Assembly (NCBI RefSeq): GCF_033153115.1 | Contig: NW_026889806.1 | Span: forward strand, 7,316,001 to 7,380,000 | DNA from: Saccostrea echinata | Taxonomy: Eukaryota | Length of the DNA stretch: 64,000 nucleotides | Direction of reading: 5' to 3' | In this document: piece by piece, positions 25,053-43,857 of the stretch | Layout: every line of letters begins with the position of its first letter | Numbering within the stretch: position 1 is the first letter of the stretch | Notes under the pieces: generated by a model | Databases searched by the model: none | The model's input: the letters and a program-made list of their open reading frames with translations, nothing else | Told to the model about the DNA's origin: nothing | Made by a program: the position numbers and the translations under genes

Positions 25053-25507
25053 TTTATTAGTCCCCTACCGGTGAAACTGGAGGGGACTATGGGTTTCCTC
25101 TGAGTCTGTCCGTCCGTCTGTCTGTCTGTCAGTCTGTCCCACTTGGTTTTCCGCACTGTTTTCCTAAACGCTTGCAGATATTGAGCTGATTTTTGGTGTG
25201 TGAGTGTATCTTGATGAGTTACAGATCAAGTTTGCATTTCGTTCCGCTTCATTGATTTTTGACGGAATTACGGCCTTTTCAATTTTTAAGGGTTTACCGC
25301 AATTTTCTTCTAAACGCTTTCAGATATTGAGCTGATTTTTGGTATGTGACTTTATCTTGATTAGTTAAAGATCAAGTTTGCATTTCGTACCGCTTCATTG
25401 ATTTTTGACGGAATTATGACATTTTCAATTCTTAACGGGAACCATGCAGATTACACTTGCCGGTAGGGGACTAGTATTGCTAATGCAATACTCTCAGAAT
25501 GCTTGTT
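25053..25507 (+). mobile_element. HINE/DINE-like non-autonomous Helentron, family 2 (copy 1, inserted in Gypsy relic)
   Basis: 5' tagtcccctaccgg...ggaggggacta inverted repeat, (TCTG)n, two ~120-bp internal repeats, 3' ccggtaggggacta and hairpin agtattgc-taat-gcaatact, ending cttgtt. Confidence 0.8.
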
Positions 25508-26196
25508 AATTTTAGTTCTGCAGACTTGTGCAAAATGGTCTCTTTTGTGGCACTTTTTGCATATTTATTAGATAGCTTGGCATGGTTTCCCATCATGTTT
25601 GTATTCACATCTAGTACACAGTTTGTCCTGTTTAGTTTCACTGAACCTGTATATAAGTTGTTAACGTTTCCCTGAATTTTACTGTGAAACATGTAAGGGC
25701 TGAAAATCACGTTTGATTCGAGCTTCATTTATCCTTCGAACCTATCTTCGTAGTTTTTAACGTTTTTTAACGTGTATCATCTGAGAGTTTCCATGTAGAA
25801 AAATATCGTCCTTTCTTTCTCCCCTTCCCGAAATTAGGTACGAAAAATTTTCTATTTCCGAATTTTCTTTAAGAGGTCTAGACCCAGCACCTATCAGTCC
25901 ATCCTAAAAACATTATCGTTTATCATATCCATCATTTTATGGTTGTTAGGGCTCTTTATTAGCTCTTGAAATTCTGACACCATGTTACATTGTATGTGTC
26001 TGACCACGCTGTATGGGCCTTTTACGACGATTTTTTACACTGTATCGTATAATAACAAACGAAACATAAGACAATACACATTTAATCAAATGCATCAGGA
26101 ACGCTGATATGCATAGGGTAAAAGTATAATAAATTACAAGTATTTTTTTTTTGAATTAATGAAAATAGGTTTTATTGCTTTCAAAAATTTTCATAC

Positions 26197-31918
<5,722 letters not shown>

Positions 31919-32329
31919 TTCTCCTCTTATCGTTGCTTTGTGTTTAGAACTTATTTTTATCTTCTTATTACTACCTTATCAGGAACTTTCCAAATGTTAC
32001 ATAAAAATAATAAAATACAGTGCAGAACTCATTCAGAAAGTGAAGATTGGAGGGGGGAGCTGGAATACATGTTCTTTTCGTAACTTTGACGAACATATAC
32101 ATGTAGTCATGTAATGATTTACAATTGTCTTTGTGGTCAAGCAAGACCACGGAATTAGGGGATCAAAGAAATATATATAAGTTTTCTTGATAGTAGGACG
32201 AGGAAGCTGTTAAAAAATTTATATATGAATGAAATTGTAAGTATTTGTTCTTAAAACACAAAGTTGTCCCTCAAGAAAATGATTAAAACATCAGTATACG
32301 AACATTAAAATATTTATCATAAAACCCTT

Positions 32330-32790
32330 ATCACCTGCATATGGGGTTTATGTCTCCCAGCTGAATCGATACGCAGGAGATATCTACGAACAATTTCTCA
32401 AACGATGCAAGCTATTGACAAAAAAGTTGATGAAACAAGAATATCAACCGTAATGTTTAAAGTCATCATTTTGCAAGTTCTATGGTCGATACAATGACCT
32501 TGTCAGCAAATACTATCTATCATTGAGTGCTTACAGACGTTTTTCATACTTATTGTTAGGCCATTATTAACACACTATATTATCTACGGATTCTTCTGTT
32601 CGTCCGATCCTGACAAGGAACAAAAGGCGACACGGCGGGTGTGTCTGGTCGATAGAAGATGCTAACTCCTGATCCGGCCCTGATCCCACCTGTGATGTTT
32701 TGAGAGGTCCGTATTTACTCTGCTTCAGGTTTATATTATTTCAACGGACTTTTGAGCTTGATAACTGTTCGTTATCTCCATGTTTTATGC
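32330..32790 (+). mobile_element. 3' fragment of Penelope-like retroelement (RT thumb plus 3' tail)
   Basis: Translates SPAYGVYVSQLNRYA and KFYGRYNDLV, followed by cacggcgggtgtgtctggtcga...ctgatcccacct...gttcgttatct. Confidence 0.6.
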
Positions 32791-33199
32791 AAATACGCTT
32801 TTTGTTTTCTACGCTACGGTCAAAATCATTGTTTACAAATACTATTCGCTACATTGTGCAATTGTATTAGAGAAAATGCAGCTGCTCGTGTGTTGTAGTC
32901 AGTTGAACTATTGCAAGTAAATGTGATATAACTTGATTGCGTTTGCTATGCTATACCGGAAACGCTAAAAATTGGTGTCATTTACCTGAATTGACCTCTA
33001 ACTTCTGATATCATTTTAGAAGATATAGCAATATGATTTAGAGAGAAATATATGAGCGACAAGAACATAAGCATGTTGATTCATTACTGCTTAATATTAC
33101 AGATAGATGCTACATAAAACTAATGCTAAATTAGAGGTACTGTGAACATTGATCTCACAATGATACCCCCGCTCCCATATGTGTTTAATGGCAAAGTTC

Positions 33200-34120
33200 A
33201 TTTTTTGCTATGGGTTTCACACTTTTGATCAGAATATAAATAGAAAGTGCATATTTGTATTGATCAAGACGAAACATTCCGTAGTCAAATTTAGTACAAT
33301 TGGTTTGAAACAAGTCAGACAAAATACGACCCAGTGATAGATTATATTTGCTAATAATGTCATTAAAACGACCATAGAGTTTATGAAATGTTGATTGTAA
33401 ACAAGGTTGTTGAAATCCCAGTAACATCAACTTATGTGTGAGCACCCTGTCTCGGTTTAAAAATTGTTCGTACTCAGGACATGCTCTTGAGTAGCGAATA
33501 AACACCAAATACAGGTGATAACGGAATATTACTACATAAAAAAGGAAAGTTGACGTTGGAAACCTAAAGTCATCTAGTTTGTCATACAATTTATTTGTTG
33601 GTTGGCCTTTGTCGTCTATAGTCAGTAAAAAAAAAACAAAACAACAACATCAAAAAACAAAAACAAATATGAAACAGATGTGGCAGACTATGTGGCAATT
33701 GCAGTGTTTTCTTCTTCTCATGTAGATGTTGTTTTTTTTTTTTCAAAAATAAATTCTGTTTCATATGAATATAAAAAAGGCCGGCTAATAAAGGAACACA
33801 ATTAGTGCTCTTTGAATTCCAACACATCATTTAAAGGCTTGGTTTTGAAGAATACATGAATGTTGTCAATGAGGAACCCCAACATCCTTTTAATATCAAC
33901 TTCAAAGTACTTATGTGTAGAATCATAGTGACTTTTAACGAAGTAATTTTGTTGTTTACCAATCACAAGACGAGAAAATTTCCGAGTTCCGTTTTTATTG
34001 AAGAAGCAGTTGTCTATCAGCATTATAATATCAAAAAGCCTAGTTTATATTTGATCGTGAGTAATGGTTGTATAAAGGCGTACGTTGTCCTTTCTGACAG
34101 ATTTTACCTTCAAGTATAAT
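33200..34120 (-). mobile_element. Degenerate Penelope-like element reverse transcriptase
   Basis: Fragments CFFNKNG..YFVK..MLGFLIDNI, TNCVPLLAGLF, YDKLDDFRFP, IRYSRAC, KLYGRFND. Confidence 0.7.
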
Positions 34121-34368
34121 CAGAAAATGTATAGAAATAAAAAAAATATACAAAGGTAAATATCACACCCTTTATAAAACTCTTAATTAGGATTATTGAA
34201 TGCTGTATTTAATTTTCAATTTTTCAATTTTATATTTTCGATATCAATTAATTGATTTTAACTTGTATAGATTTAAGTATATTTAAAGCAATATGAGCTG
34301 CAACATTGATATCGGAAATTTTTGTGGCAAAATTTTAATTAACTATTTCAATGACAGGAAAAAGAACC

Positions 34369-34787
34369 ATTCTCTATCCAGAGTTGTCGTTCCCGCTACG
34401 CTCCCACATACACTTGCTCTACGCTTGTTATACAAGATTCTTGGAAAAATTGTAAATGATTAAAAGTTGTATTATAATCGATTTTAATTATATTTCTTAT
34501 CGGAAAACATAATTTATTTTAATTTATTACACCTTAAAAGGATTTTTTAATTAAGATTTTAATTTTTACTCCGCAAAATAGTTCCCTTAAAACTTTGAAA
34601 ATAAGTCTTTTTGGGGGATTATAGATTTAAAATAAATAATGAATTATCATCTTTATCGATGATTACAATAATTAATTACTATTTAAATTTCAAATTTTCA
34701 CTGTTTAAAATTTGTACAAGAATCTTGTACAACGAGCGTTGACAGAGGTGCTGTGAGCGTAGCGGAAGACAACTCTGGATAGAGAAT
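34369..34787. mobile_element. MITE with ~70-bp TIRs
   Basis: attctctatccagagttgtc...tacaagattctt versus aagaatcttgtac...gacaactctggatagagaat; AT-rich interior. Confidence 0.7.
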
Positions 34788-35043
34788 TGAAAAAGAACGT
34801 TTACAAACGTCTGTTGTTCATATTTGCGAATATATACATTTGTAGTATCTCTCTATTATATAAACATACAGAGAGCAAATATCTTCATACCTGTATGAAG
34901 TTTTTCGAAGGTCATAGGTCATTACGTGACCTAATCACACAGCGCAGTAATATCTACATAAAACGACTTACTCTACTTAGCAATATATTGCATGTTTTTC
35001 ATGCATAAAAATGTACAAAATACCCAAGTAAAATAATAATCAT

Positions 35044-35554
35044 TTTATTAGTCCCCTACCGGTGAAACCGGAGGGGACTATAGGTTTTTAGTCCCCTACC
35101 GGTGAAACCGGAGGGGACTATAGGTTTCCTCTGAGTCTGTCCGTCCGTCTGTCTGTCTGTCTGTCAGTCTGTCCCTCTGTCAGTCTGTCCCACTTGGTTT
35201 TCCGCACTGTTTTCATAAACTCTTGCAGATATTGAGCTGATTTTTGGCACGTGAGTGTATCTTGATGAGTTATAGATCAAGTTTGCATTTCGTTCTGCTT
35301 CATCGATTTTTGACGGAATAACGGCCTTTTCAATTTTTAAGGGTTTTCCGCAATTTTCTTCTAAACGCTTTCAGATATTGAGCTGATATTTGGTATGTAA
35401 CTTTACCTTGATAAGTTATAGATCAAGTTTGCATTTCGTCCCGCTTCATTGATTTTTGACGGAATTGTGGCATTTTCAATTCTTAACGGGAACCAGATTA
35501 CACTTGCCGGTAGGGGACTAGTATTGCTAATGCAATACTCTCAGAATGCTTGTT
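35044..35554 (+). mobile_element. HINE family 2, copy 2 (duplicated 5' head)
   Basis: Near-identical to 25053-25507; the first ~40 bp are tandemly duplicated (35049 and 35089). Confidence 0.8.
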
Positions 35555-35666
35555 TTACAATGTAAACGAGTAATTAATACAGTTCTTGATCGATTTTACA
35601 TAGAGAATAGAAAACTACGTGTTATAAATTTCATGTTTGAGCTGCATAGTCTCAACGTTACCCTTA

Positions 35667-36143
35667 TTATTAGTCCCCTACCGGTGAAACCGGAGGGGAC
35701 TATAGGTTTCCTCTGAGTCTGTCCGTCCGTCTGTCTGTCTGTCCGTCTGTCCCTCTGTCTGACTGTCAGTCTGTCCCACTTCATTTTCCGCACTTTTTTC
35801 ATAAACGCTTGCAGATATTGAGCTGATTTTTGATATGTGAGTATATCTTGATGAGTTATAGATCAAGTTTGCATTTCGTTCCGCTTTATTGATTTTTGAC
35901 GGAATTACGGCCTTTTCAATTTTTAGGGGTTTTCCGCAATTTTCTTCTAAACGCTTTCAGATATTGAGCTGATCTTTGGTATGTGACTTAACCTTGATCA
36001 GTTATAGATTAAGTTTGCATTTCGTCCCGCTTCATTGATTTTAGTCGGAATTATGGCATTTTCAATTCCTAACGGGAACCAACGGGTTACACTTGCCGGT
36101 AGGGGACTAGTATTGCTAATGCAATACTCTCAGAATGCTTGTT
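35667..36143 (+). mobile_element. HINE family 2, copy 3
   Basis: Near-identical to copies 1 and 2, about 110 bp downstream of copy 2. Confidence 0.8.
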
Positions 36144-36769
36144 TTTCTTGTAGACCTCTGAATACTATATTGTTTTTTCATTAAACTTTACTCACAATAA
36201 ATTTGAAAATCTGTTGGAAAATATCAATGTAATGCAATCACGCCACAAACAGCTGACAAACACTGCACTTCGGTAGTTCGGTAGGCACACCTCCATCATC
36301 GAGATCGTTGTCTTAACAATGTAAGCTGTCGCCTGTGTCTCCGTGTCAACATCATAATAAATATGCCTTACTGAAATCGTAGATTTCATGTTTGTGATCA
36401 AACTTTAAACTTGATTTTAAGTTAATTGGTCCGGACAAGTGTCTCCATCAATCCCTTTCCGACCGAAATTCCTACAACTTTTTATTATCAAACATCGGAC
36501 GTGTTTCTTGTGTTTTTTTTAACGTCGAATATGGGTTCTCACGAATACAAAAATTCACAGACACCAATATGCTCACTATAATTGATCACAAGTAGTCTTT
36601 CACAGAATATTCCCTTCAAAACAGAATCTTTTGCCAGATGAATTTGAAGCGTAACCGCTTTTCAAGCCGATTTACACCTTGCGTAATTTGTCAAAATCTA
36701 CGACGAACACTTAGTGCAATATTTATATTCGATTATATTCGATTGTCCGTCTCAAATGTATATATAAGT

Positions 36770-36916
36770 AATAAATAACAAGTTTAAAAACTTCACTGGG
36801 AAATGAAGTGGGTCGGTACGTGATCAAATATTCCGAGAAGGCCTTCGGCCTTCACAGGATTTGATCACGTGACCGACCCACTTCACTTCCCAGAGTTTTT
36901 AAACTTGTTTTTTATT
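36770..36916. repeat. Imperfect long palindrome (hairpin repeat family)
   Basis: acaagtttaaaaact..gggaaatgaagtgggtcggtacgtgatcaaat pairs with atttgatcacgtgaccgacccacttcacttccc..agtttttaaacttgt; central gaaggccttcggccttc. Confidence 0.8.
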
Positions 36917-37554
36917 TCTTAATTGAAGAACTACTTATAAGCTTTGATTGAAGCAAAATTACATTACTGTCGTCCTGTACAATATTGATTCCTTAAATAA
37001 TACTATACATTGCATTGTACAGAAATATTGAGTTATATTTGTGTCTCATATGACTTGACATTTATAATAAATTATTGTTTCTTTTAATATATTTTCTATG
37101 TTTGCTAAATTTAAAAGCATCAATACATACATGTTGACATGATAGAGTACATGAAATTCGAAACGTTTTTCTAAAATCAAGCGCACCTGAATAACATAAA
37201 TAAATTTTTGAATTTTTATTGATTCACCAACATTCCGAAATGCAATCATGTCACACAATTTAAAAATAAATTAGAAAACAGCAATTGTATATAAATCATG
37301 TAAATTACCCCCTCATGTGTGCACTGGTAAGCAGTGGTATTGTTTTTATTATAATATAGTGTAGTGCTCTTTATCCCTTTTTCGAATCTATATTGCAAAC
37401 AACAACTAGGGAAGAAAATAACAAATTTTAATCTCAAAATCTCTGCTTTTTAAAAAAAAAACAAAAAAACTTTAACATGAATCGTCACTAATTTATACAT
37501 GTTGTTTGTTCACTCATGCCCCCAATTCAGAAAAAAAGTACCCAGTTCACTCAT

Positions 37555-37557
<3 letters not shown>

Positions 37558-37626
<69 letters not shown>
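37558..37626. repeat. (TA)n microsatellite
   Basis: Read directly. Confidence 0.95.
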
Positions 37627-37628
<2 letters not shown>

Positions 37629-38388
37629 TATCTAATACCGGTATTTTGCTGAGCCACAATCACTTTTACTGAATTTCTGAGGTAATGTTAGTTAAATGGT
37701 GTCAAATACTAGAGACAAACCTGGGCAGATCGTTTTTGCTAGGCTAGAGTTGTCATGCGTTTGTGATTCGAATGATGGGTTTAATCTTTGCACAGTAATT
37801 TTCAGTCAGACGCAGCTCACCATCGCCTTTTTTGAGTCAACGAAGCCTTGCTGTACCGCTGAATAGATTTGGTTGACGAAAATCCTCGTTTTCTCCGCAT
37901 TTCATTCTTTTCGAAACATCCGCTTTGTTTACATTGCCAAAAAGTGAAATAAGTCGTAAAATTACCTCGACTTGTTCTTAGTTTGAATCCAATGAAATTT
38001 TAGTCACATTTTATATGATTTTATATCAAGTATATCTTTAAAATAAGTTGCATTGTAAATTTTATTTCCAACTCTACTAAAGAGATGAACGACATAAGAT
38101 TCATTTACGTCATTCGGAGTTGCGTGGTGGATTCAAAATCGTCAGTACCATACGTCCTTAAACAACGTATGATTAATGCTCATTCTGGAAACAATCACTT
38201 ATTCTCACGTAAGCACACGAATACAGGAGCAGTGGTTAGCGACATTAAAAAATCATGAGTCATGAATTTTATAATCCACGAAAATTTTGATCATCGAAAA
38301 TTTTCAGGTTAAGAAAAAGAAAGAAAATGAATTCCTTAAGAAAATAATTTATTCTGTGGTCGGTGTGATTGCGCTTATGTGCAATTGT

Positions 38389-38507
38389 TACGGAAGCGTA
38401 TTAGGGCCGCAGCAGTATCTTTTATTAATTCATTTTAACAAATTACTAATTTGTTAAAACAAATTATCAATTTGTTATATCAGATTAGGCCCTAATACGC
38501 TTCCGTA
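38389..38507. mobile_element. 119-bp mini-MITE with TACGG termini
   Basis: Perfect 20-bp TIR tacggaagcgtattagggcc / ggccctaatacgcttccgta; near-TSD aattgt/gattgt. Confidence 0.7.
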
Positions 38508-38792
38508 GATTGTTGACGACTTTATTTGTTTATGAGTGGATTTTTCATTGGCTCATTAAATTTAATACAAATTTGTTTGTTTGTTTGTTTAATGCCCTTT
38601 CATATTGACAGCTCGTCGCAAAACGTGGGTTTTGCAGAAGCAGAGAGTCTCTTACTCTTTCCCCTAGTTAAGCAAAAGTGAAATTCGCCTGCTGATCGAT
38701 TGCAGAGAACGTGACGTTAGAGTTGACATTCTTTAACTTAAGAGTTTCATTCAAAGGAAATATTCCTCCCCTTCAATACGCATCACGAACAC

Positions 38793-38816
38793 TTTTTAGC
38801 TCACCTGAGCTGAAAC

Positions 38817-38847
<31 letters not shown>

Positions 38848-38904
38848 TGTAGTCCGTCTAGCTGTCTAGCTGTTCGTCCGTCAGTAAATTTTTCACATTT
38901 TCGA

Positions 38905-38977
<73 letters not shown>

Positions 38978-39697
38978 GTTTGTTCAAATGAAGGGTCACA
39001 CTCTCTTTCACGGGGAGATAATTAAGAAATGAAAAGATGGTGGCATGTTTTAAAAATCTTCTTCTCAAGAACCAATGGGTCAGGAAAGATGAACTAATGT
39101 GGAAGCATCCTCAGATAGTGTAGATTTAAGTTTATTGAAATCATGACCCCCGGGGATAGGGTGGGGCCACAATGAACGATCAAAGTTTTACATAGGAATA
39201 TATAGGAAAAAATCTTCATCTGTAGAACAACAAAGCCATGATTGGTCATATTTATATGGAAGCATTCTCAGGTTCTGAAGATTCAAGTTTGTTGAAATCA
39301 TGACCCCCGGGGGTAGGGTGGGGCCACAATGGATGACCAAGTTTTACATAGGAGTATAAAGGAAAAATCTTTAAAATCTTCTTCTGAAAAACAACAAAAC
39401 AATCATTGGTCATATCTATATGGAAGCATCCTCAGGTAGTGTAGATTCAAATTTGTTCAAATCATGACCCCCGGGGTAGGGTGGGGTCAAAATGAAAGTT
39501 TAAACTTATAGGGAAAAAAGCCACAGTAAGTCAAAGAAATATGTAAGCACTCTTAGAGTAGATTCAAGTTAATTCAGATCATACCCCTACACACTTTTAG
39601 GGTAGGTCGGGGCCACTTATTTCAATACTGGATTGATTTTTGCTTTTTTCCTAGCCACTGTGCTCAGGTGAGCGATGTGGCCCATGGACCTCTTGTT
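38793..39697 (+). mobile_element. Non-autonomous Helitron/Helentron carrying ~160-bp satellite-like repeats (oyster Cg170/BIV160-like)
   Basis: 5' ttttagctcacctgagc...gtgagct; 3' ctcaggtgagcgatgtggcccatggacctcttgtt; internal unit ggaagcatcctcag...catgacccccgggg.agggtggggccac at ~39101, 39258 and 39422. Confidence 0.75.
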
Positions 39698-40333
39698 TTG
39701 TTCCATTTAACCAGTCACGACTACGTCTTGTTTGCGCAAAAAATATTGAAGTTAGCATTTCTACTGATGAATTAATTATGTCGTATTTACTATATTTTTT
39801 TAGTTATTGGATATCTTGTTTCTTGTGCGCTCATTATACTGATTCTCATTAAGATTGTTTAGTTTAATTTCGGTACGCTGAAAATAATTCTGCATCGGTG
39901 AAAAAAAATATCTAGGCATGTCTCAAACGAAAGCTGTTCTAAATTATCACATAAATAATGGGTGTGTACCTTTTTTTTTTTTTTAATAGTTTCACGTTTC
40001 TGTGAATCAAGTTTAGTCACTGGAAATATGAGAACCTTTCAATGTAAGATAAGATCTGCTTCTTTTATAGAGCTTTGGATTTTTTAAAGTGATATCCATA
40101 ATTTTGGATATCCTCACCTAAAAGAAAGATTGGTGTACGTTTTAAAAAAAATTAATCAAAAAATTTCTCATTTATCATGTTTATGAAGCATTCACAGAGG
40201 TTTTTATTTATATATCACAAGCTTGTTGGAAATCAAATATTTCAGGAATCTAGAGGAAACAAACTGGTTCTGACACTGCATGTCACATGTATCAGTATGT
40301 CTGTCCAGCTGTCCGTATTTCTGTCGTAAAATC

Positions 40334-40477
40334 GCTAAATACTATCATTCCACAGGCACCTGGCGTTACTTATTTTTTTCTTTTAATTAAAAAAAAAAAA
40401 CCCTACCTAATTATTCACATTAATAGGTAGGGGGTATATTTTTTTTATTGAAAGAAAAATAAGTAATGTCAGGTGCC
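40334..40477. repeat. Imperfect palindrome / MITE
   Basis: ggcacctggcgttacttatttt...ccctaccta pairs with taggtaggg...aaaataagtaatgtcaggtgcc. Confidence 0.7.
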
Positions 40478-40704
40478 ATGCGTCATTCCCTTAAATATTG
40501 CTAAATCACCTGACTGAACTGATTTATTTTATTTAAGGACACGTTGTAAAAGCCAAAAAGTGGAGAAAAGGATATAATAATTGGGAAAGGTAGAGACAAT
40601 TGTCTTGTTTAAAACAATCTAGTGTATCTTATTTTTGACTTTGTATATTTCATTACCAAATTACCTTGACCTTGGGGCATACCGGGCAGAAACATCGCTC
40701 TTAA

Positions 40705-41639
40705 CGAGGTTCGCTCCTGAGCTTTTGAGCAGATTTTTATCTTAACCTATATTTCAAAAATTCTGCATAATGTTTTAATTCTTACGATAAATTTCGATTC
40801 TACAATGCCAATTCAACTATCTTCAGTTAAAACTATGTGATTAAATTCCATACCAAAAGCGTTAAGTGGGGAACTATATTTTGTGGCGGAAGGATTTTAA
40901 GAAGAAAATGATCATTTTTTTCTCTTTATAAGTATTTAAAGTATTCAAGTTTGGATTCCTATTTTTACATGCAGTCTGCACACAGAGTTATTTTGTGCAG
41001 TGAACTGTTTTATACTGGTCCTAAATTATATATTGAATAAACTGTCATGAATTCTATCATCATATTGGACAAATATAGCAAATATATTGTGAAAATCAAG
41101 AAAAAAATAGCCCTAATTTATGCTTAAAATTGGCACTATTTTAGTAATATCTAAAAATTAACATCACTGACCCCCACTTTTAATTTTCTTTTTTGAATAT
41201 ATAAGATACTTTAAACCATTCTTCTTAATCTCAGTAAAATGTCATTACTTTCAAATGATTTTTTTTGCTTGTTAAATTTTTAATGTCAGAAAAACGAATT
41301 TTTTGAGTGCAAAAAGGTCAAAAAATTGAACATGCGGAGTAATTTGAAAATTTTTTTCGTTGTCAAAAATTTTAATGTGTCTATTCAAGATGAAATAAGA
41401 CTGTGTTTGTTCCCCTAATTTATTTGAATAAAAAATATTGGAGGAAAAACTTTAAAAATTGATTTATGTGTAAGACGTTTTTACAGTGCAAAAAGGTCAA
41501 ACTAAATGATCTGTAGCACCAAAAGAAGCGCATTGACCCCCATTTTTTGTTTTGATTTTTAATTAAGCTATGTGTTTAAATTCTAAAAATATACTTGATA
41601 AAAAATTCTCATTACTTTTGATGGCAGGATCCAACCTCC
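40705..41639. mobile_element. Kolobok-like non-autonomous transposon (TTAA-flanked)
   Basis: ttaa|cgaggttcgctcc ... ggatccaacctcc|ttaa; imperfect TIR with TTAA on both sides. Confidence 0.5.
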
Positions 41640-42693
41640 TTAAGTTTAAATCCGTTCAGAATATTAAGCATTTCGTAGTCAAAACCCCGGACGACTTTAA
41701 GTACGTATAGACACCGCAATTCACGACTCAAAATTAGTATGAAGGACAGTCAGAATTTTTTTTTTGCCCCCCCCTCCCCCAATATTCGTAACGATAAAAG
41801 CATAGTAATATACAACGTTTTATATTCAAACTAGTATACAATTAAGCTCCAAGTCTTTGCAGTATGATTAAAGAAAAATCAACATATAAAATTTTTTTTT
41901 TATAATTTATTGACCAATTCGAGTTCAAATGACTTTCAAATTCTTCAAAACGAATAAAAGGTTCTTTGTTGTAATTTTAATTACAGATCTGTTTTAAAAA
42001 CAAAAAAAGCTAAAAAACAAAAATACATGACACTTAACATACGTTTAAAGTGATCATTTCCTGTAATAAAACAGAGAGGTCTTGGTTAATATTATATTGA
42101 TGCATTAAAGGGATATTTTTTTTCACGATCGATAAAAGATAACGATTCAAAAGAGAAAATGATCTCATTTTCCCTTTTTGTAATAATACCTTCCATGCTT
42201 AAAGAATACTCAATATTTTGGGGAGGAAAAAATCGACAAAATCATTAAATGACGCATATTATCCATTATGCATGACATCCATTGTGCATTCTTCCTGCCC
42301 AGGTATGCAAGTTTTTACCTGGTCAGGTTATTTCCATTGTTAAATCTTCCTCCTTTCAATATTCACCAGATATATGGAGTTTAAAATAGAAAATAAATTT
42401 AAATATATAGGACTTATCTGACAAAGCCGGTCGATTCAGGGTCTAGCGCTCAAACCATTGACCCATGATCGAACTACCGGGTGTATAGGAGAAAAATGAC
42501 CAGCAATTACACGTTTAAACTTCTTACGGTGTGTGTACATGACAGTTCTGAGTTCACTGTGTTTAGTGTTTATTCCTATGTGTATCTGTTATGTGAAGGA
42601 TATGATCACCTGCTAGTCACGACAAACTAATTCTGGAAGTAGGAAAATCGATCAATTCTTCTGGAATGGATAATTAGAAAGTGGAACCGGACC

Positions 42694-43857
42694 ATGTCGA
42701 AATCCCGACTTATGGGGGTGCTGAGCGCCTCTACAATGGTCTATATACTGGCCACGTTATCTATACTCGTCCTGCTTAGCACTATATACGCTAACACACA
42801 TTTAAATTCCTTACTTGACGTGTCCAGACGGTTACATATATTTGTATCCACGTACATTGGAGAAAATAATAGGGACGTGTCAACAATTTCTATAAACAAC
42901 TCTCACGTGGACGTAATCAGCTTTCAGACAAGCACAGTACGTATTCTACAATCGACCCGAAACAGTGTAACAAACCACAAAACAACGGAAATCCGACAAA
43001 TAAAGTTAACAAGTAAAGGCCCACCGCGCAGTACAGCTAGACCTAGTGAATGTAAGGCCTGTTTTGAACACAGGTTTGACTTTATTCTCAACAATGTGGA
43101 TATTTGTCAGTCTGGCAATTCCTCCATTAAAGTAATTGTATTGATTGCTACGGTCCATGTAAACACAGAGAAGAGAAAGGCCATTCGAGAAACATGGCTC
43201 AGTCAATTCCGGGAAAACACCGGACAGGTGCGCTATGCATTCTTACTCGGAATGACTTCTGATAAAACTCTCCAAGTTGCCTTGGAAACGGAGAGCGCCA
43301 CCTATCGGGACATCATACAGGAAGACTTTGTAGATAGTTACAATAACCTGACTCTTAAAACGATGATGGCTTTTCGATGGGCCACCACATCTTGCCAAAA
43401 AGCCGAGTTTATAATGAAAACTGACGATGATATGTTCGTAAATCTCAACTCATTGATGGTTGTTGTGGATAAACATAAGAATATACTTCAGCGTTCTGTA
43501 GGAGGGTATTGTGTTCAGTCAGCAAACCCTGTTAGGGACAAAGGGTCAAAGTGGTACGTCTCCTTAGCAATGTATCCCCACGCCAAATACCATGGTTACT
43601 GTTCTGGTACGGGCTACGTCACGAGCATGGCGGTAGCCAAAAAAGTGTTCGACATCTCTAAGCATATACCATTCTTTCATCTTGAGGATATCTATGTTGG
43701 ACTGTGTTTAAATAAACTGGGGTTTTCTTTTACACGAATACCCGGATTTAACCCCCATTTTATACCTATATCCTGTGCTTATAAAGGCCCAGGTATTATA
43801 ACATCCCACCAAGTGAGTCCACAGCAATTGAGACATGTATGGAATCTCAAATGCTAA
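42694..43857 (+). CDS. Beta-1,3-galactosyltransferase-like (GT31, Galactosyl_T), type II membrane protein, single coding exon
   Basis: 387-aa ORF with good Kozak context (accATG), N-terminal TM (VYILATLSILVLLSTIYA), S/T stem and motifs RKAIRETW, DFVDSYNNLTLKT, KTDDD, YCSGTGYV and EDIYVG. Confidence 0.93.
   Translation: MSKSRLMGVLSASTMVYILATLSILVLLSTIYANTHLNSLLDVSRRLHIFVSTYIGENNRDVSTISINNSHVDVISFQTSTVRILQSTRNSVTNHKTTEIRQIKLTSKGPPRSTARPSECKACFEHRFDFILNNVDICQSGNSSIKVIVLIATVHVNTEKRKAIRETWLSQFRENTGQVRYAFLLGMTSDKTLQVALETESATYRDIIQEDFVDSYNNLTLKTMMAFRWATTSCQKAEFIMKTDDDMFVNLNSLMVVVDKHKNILQRSVGGYCVQSANPVRDKGSKWYVSLAMYPHAKYHGYCSGTGYVTSMAVAKKVFDISKHIPFFHLEDIYVGLCLNKLGFSFTRIPGFNPHFIPISCAYKGPGIITSHQVSPQQLRHVWNLKC

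Larger units (their letters stand above)
22670..26150 (-). mobile_element. Degenerate Ty3/Gypsy LTR retrotransposon (LTR-PBS-gag-pro-RT-RNaseH) with internal inversion and nested insertions
   Basis: LTR end ...AACA then PBS TGGTGTCAGAA at 25982-25972. Gag CCHC (CKKCHKRDHFAQVC) near 25530-25570. Protease VKFQLDTGAICNVLP at ~24890-24846. RT N-half (CIDPRDLKNAILREHFPL, KLDAT) at 23700-23345. RT C-half on + strand (FNTPYGRY..MPF..IIDD) at 22840-23345. RNase H (IAYGSR, NYAQ, KPLQSIF) at 22840-22670. The outer LTR boundary is approximate. Confidence 0.8.
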
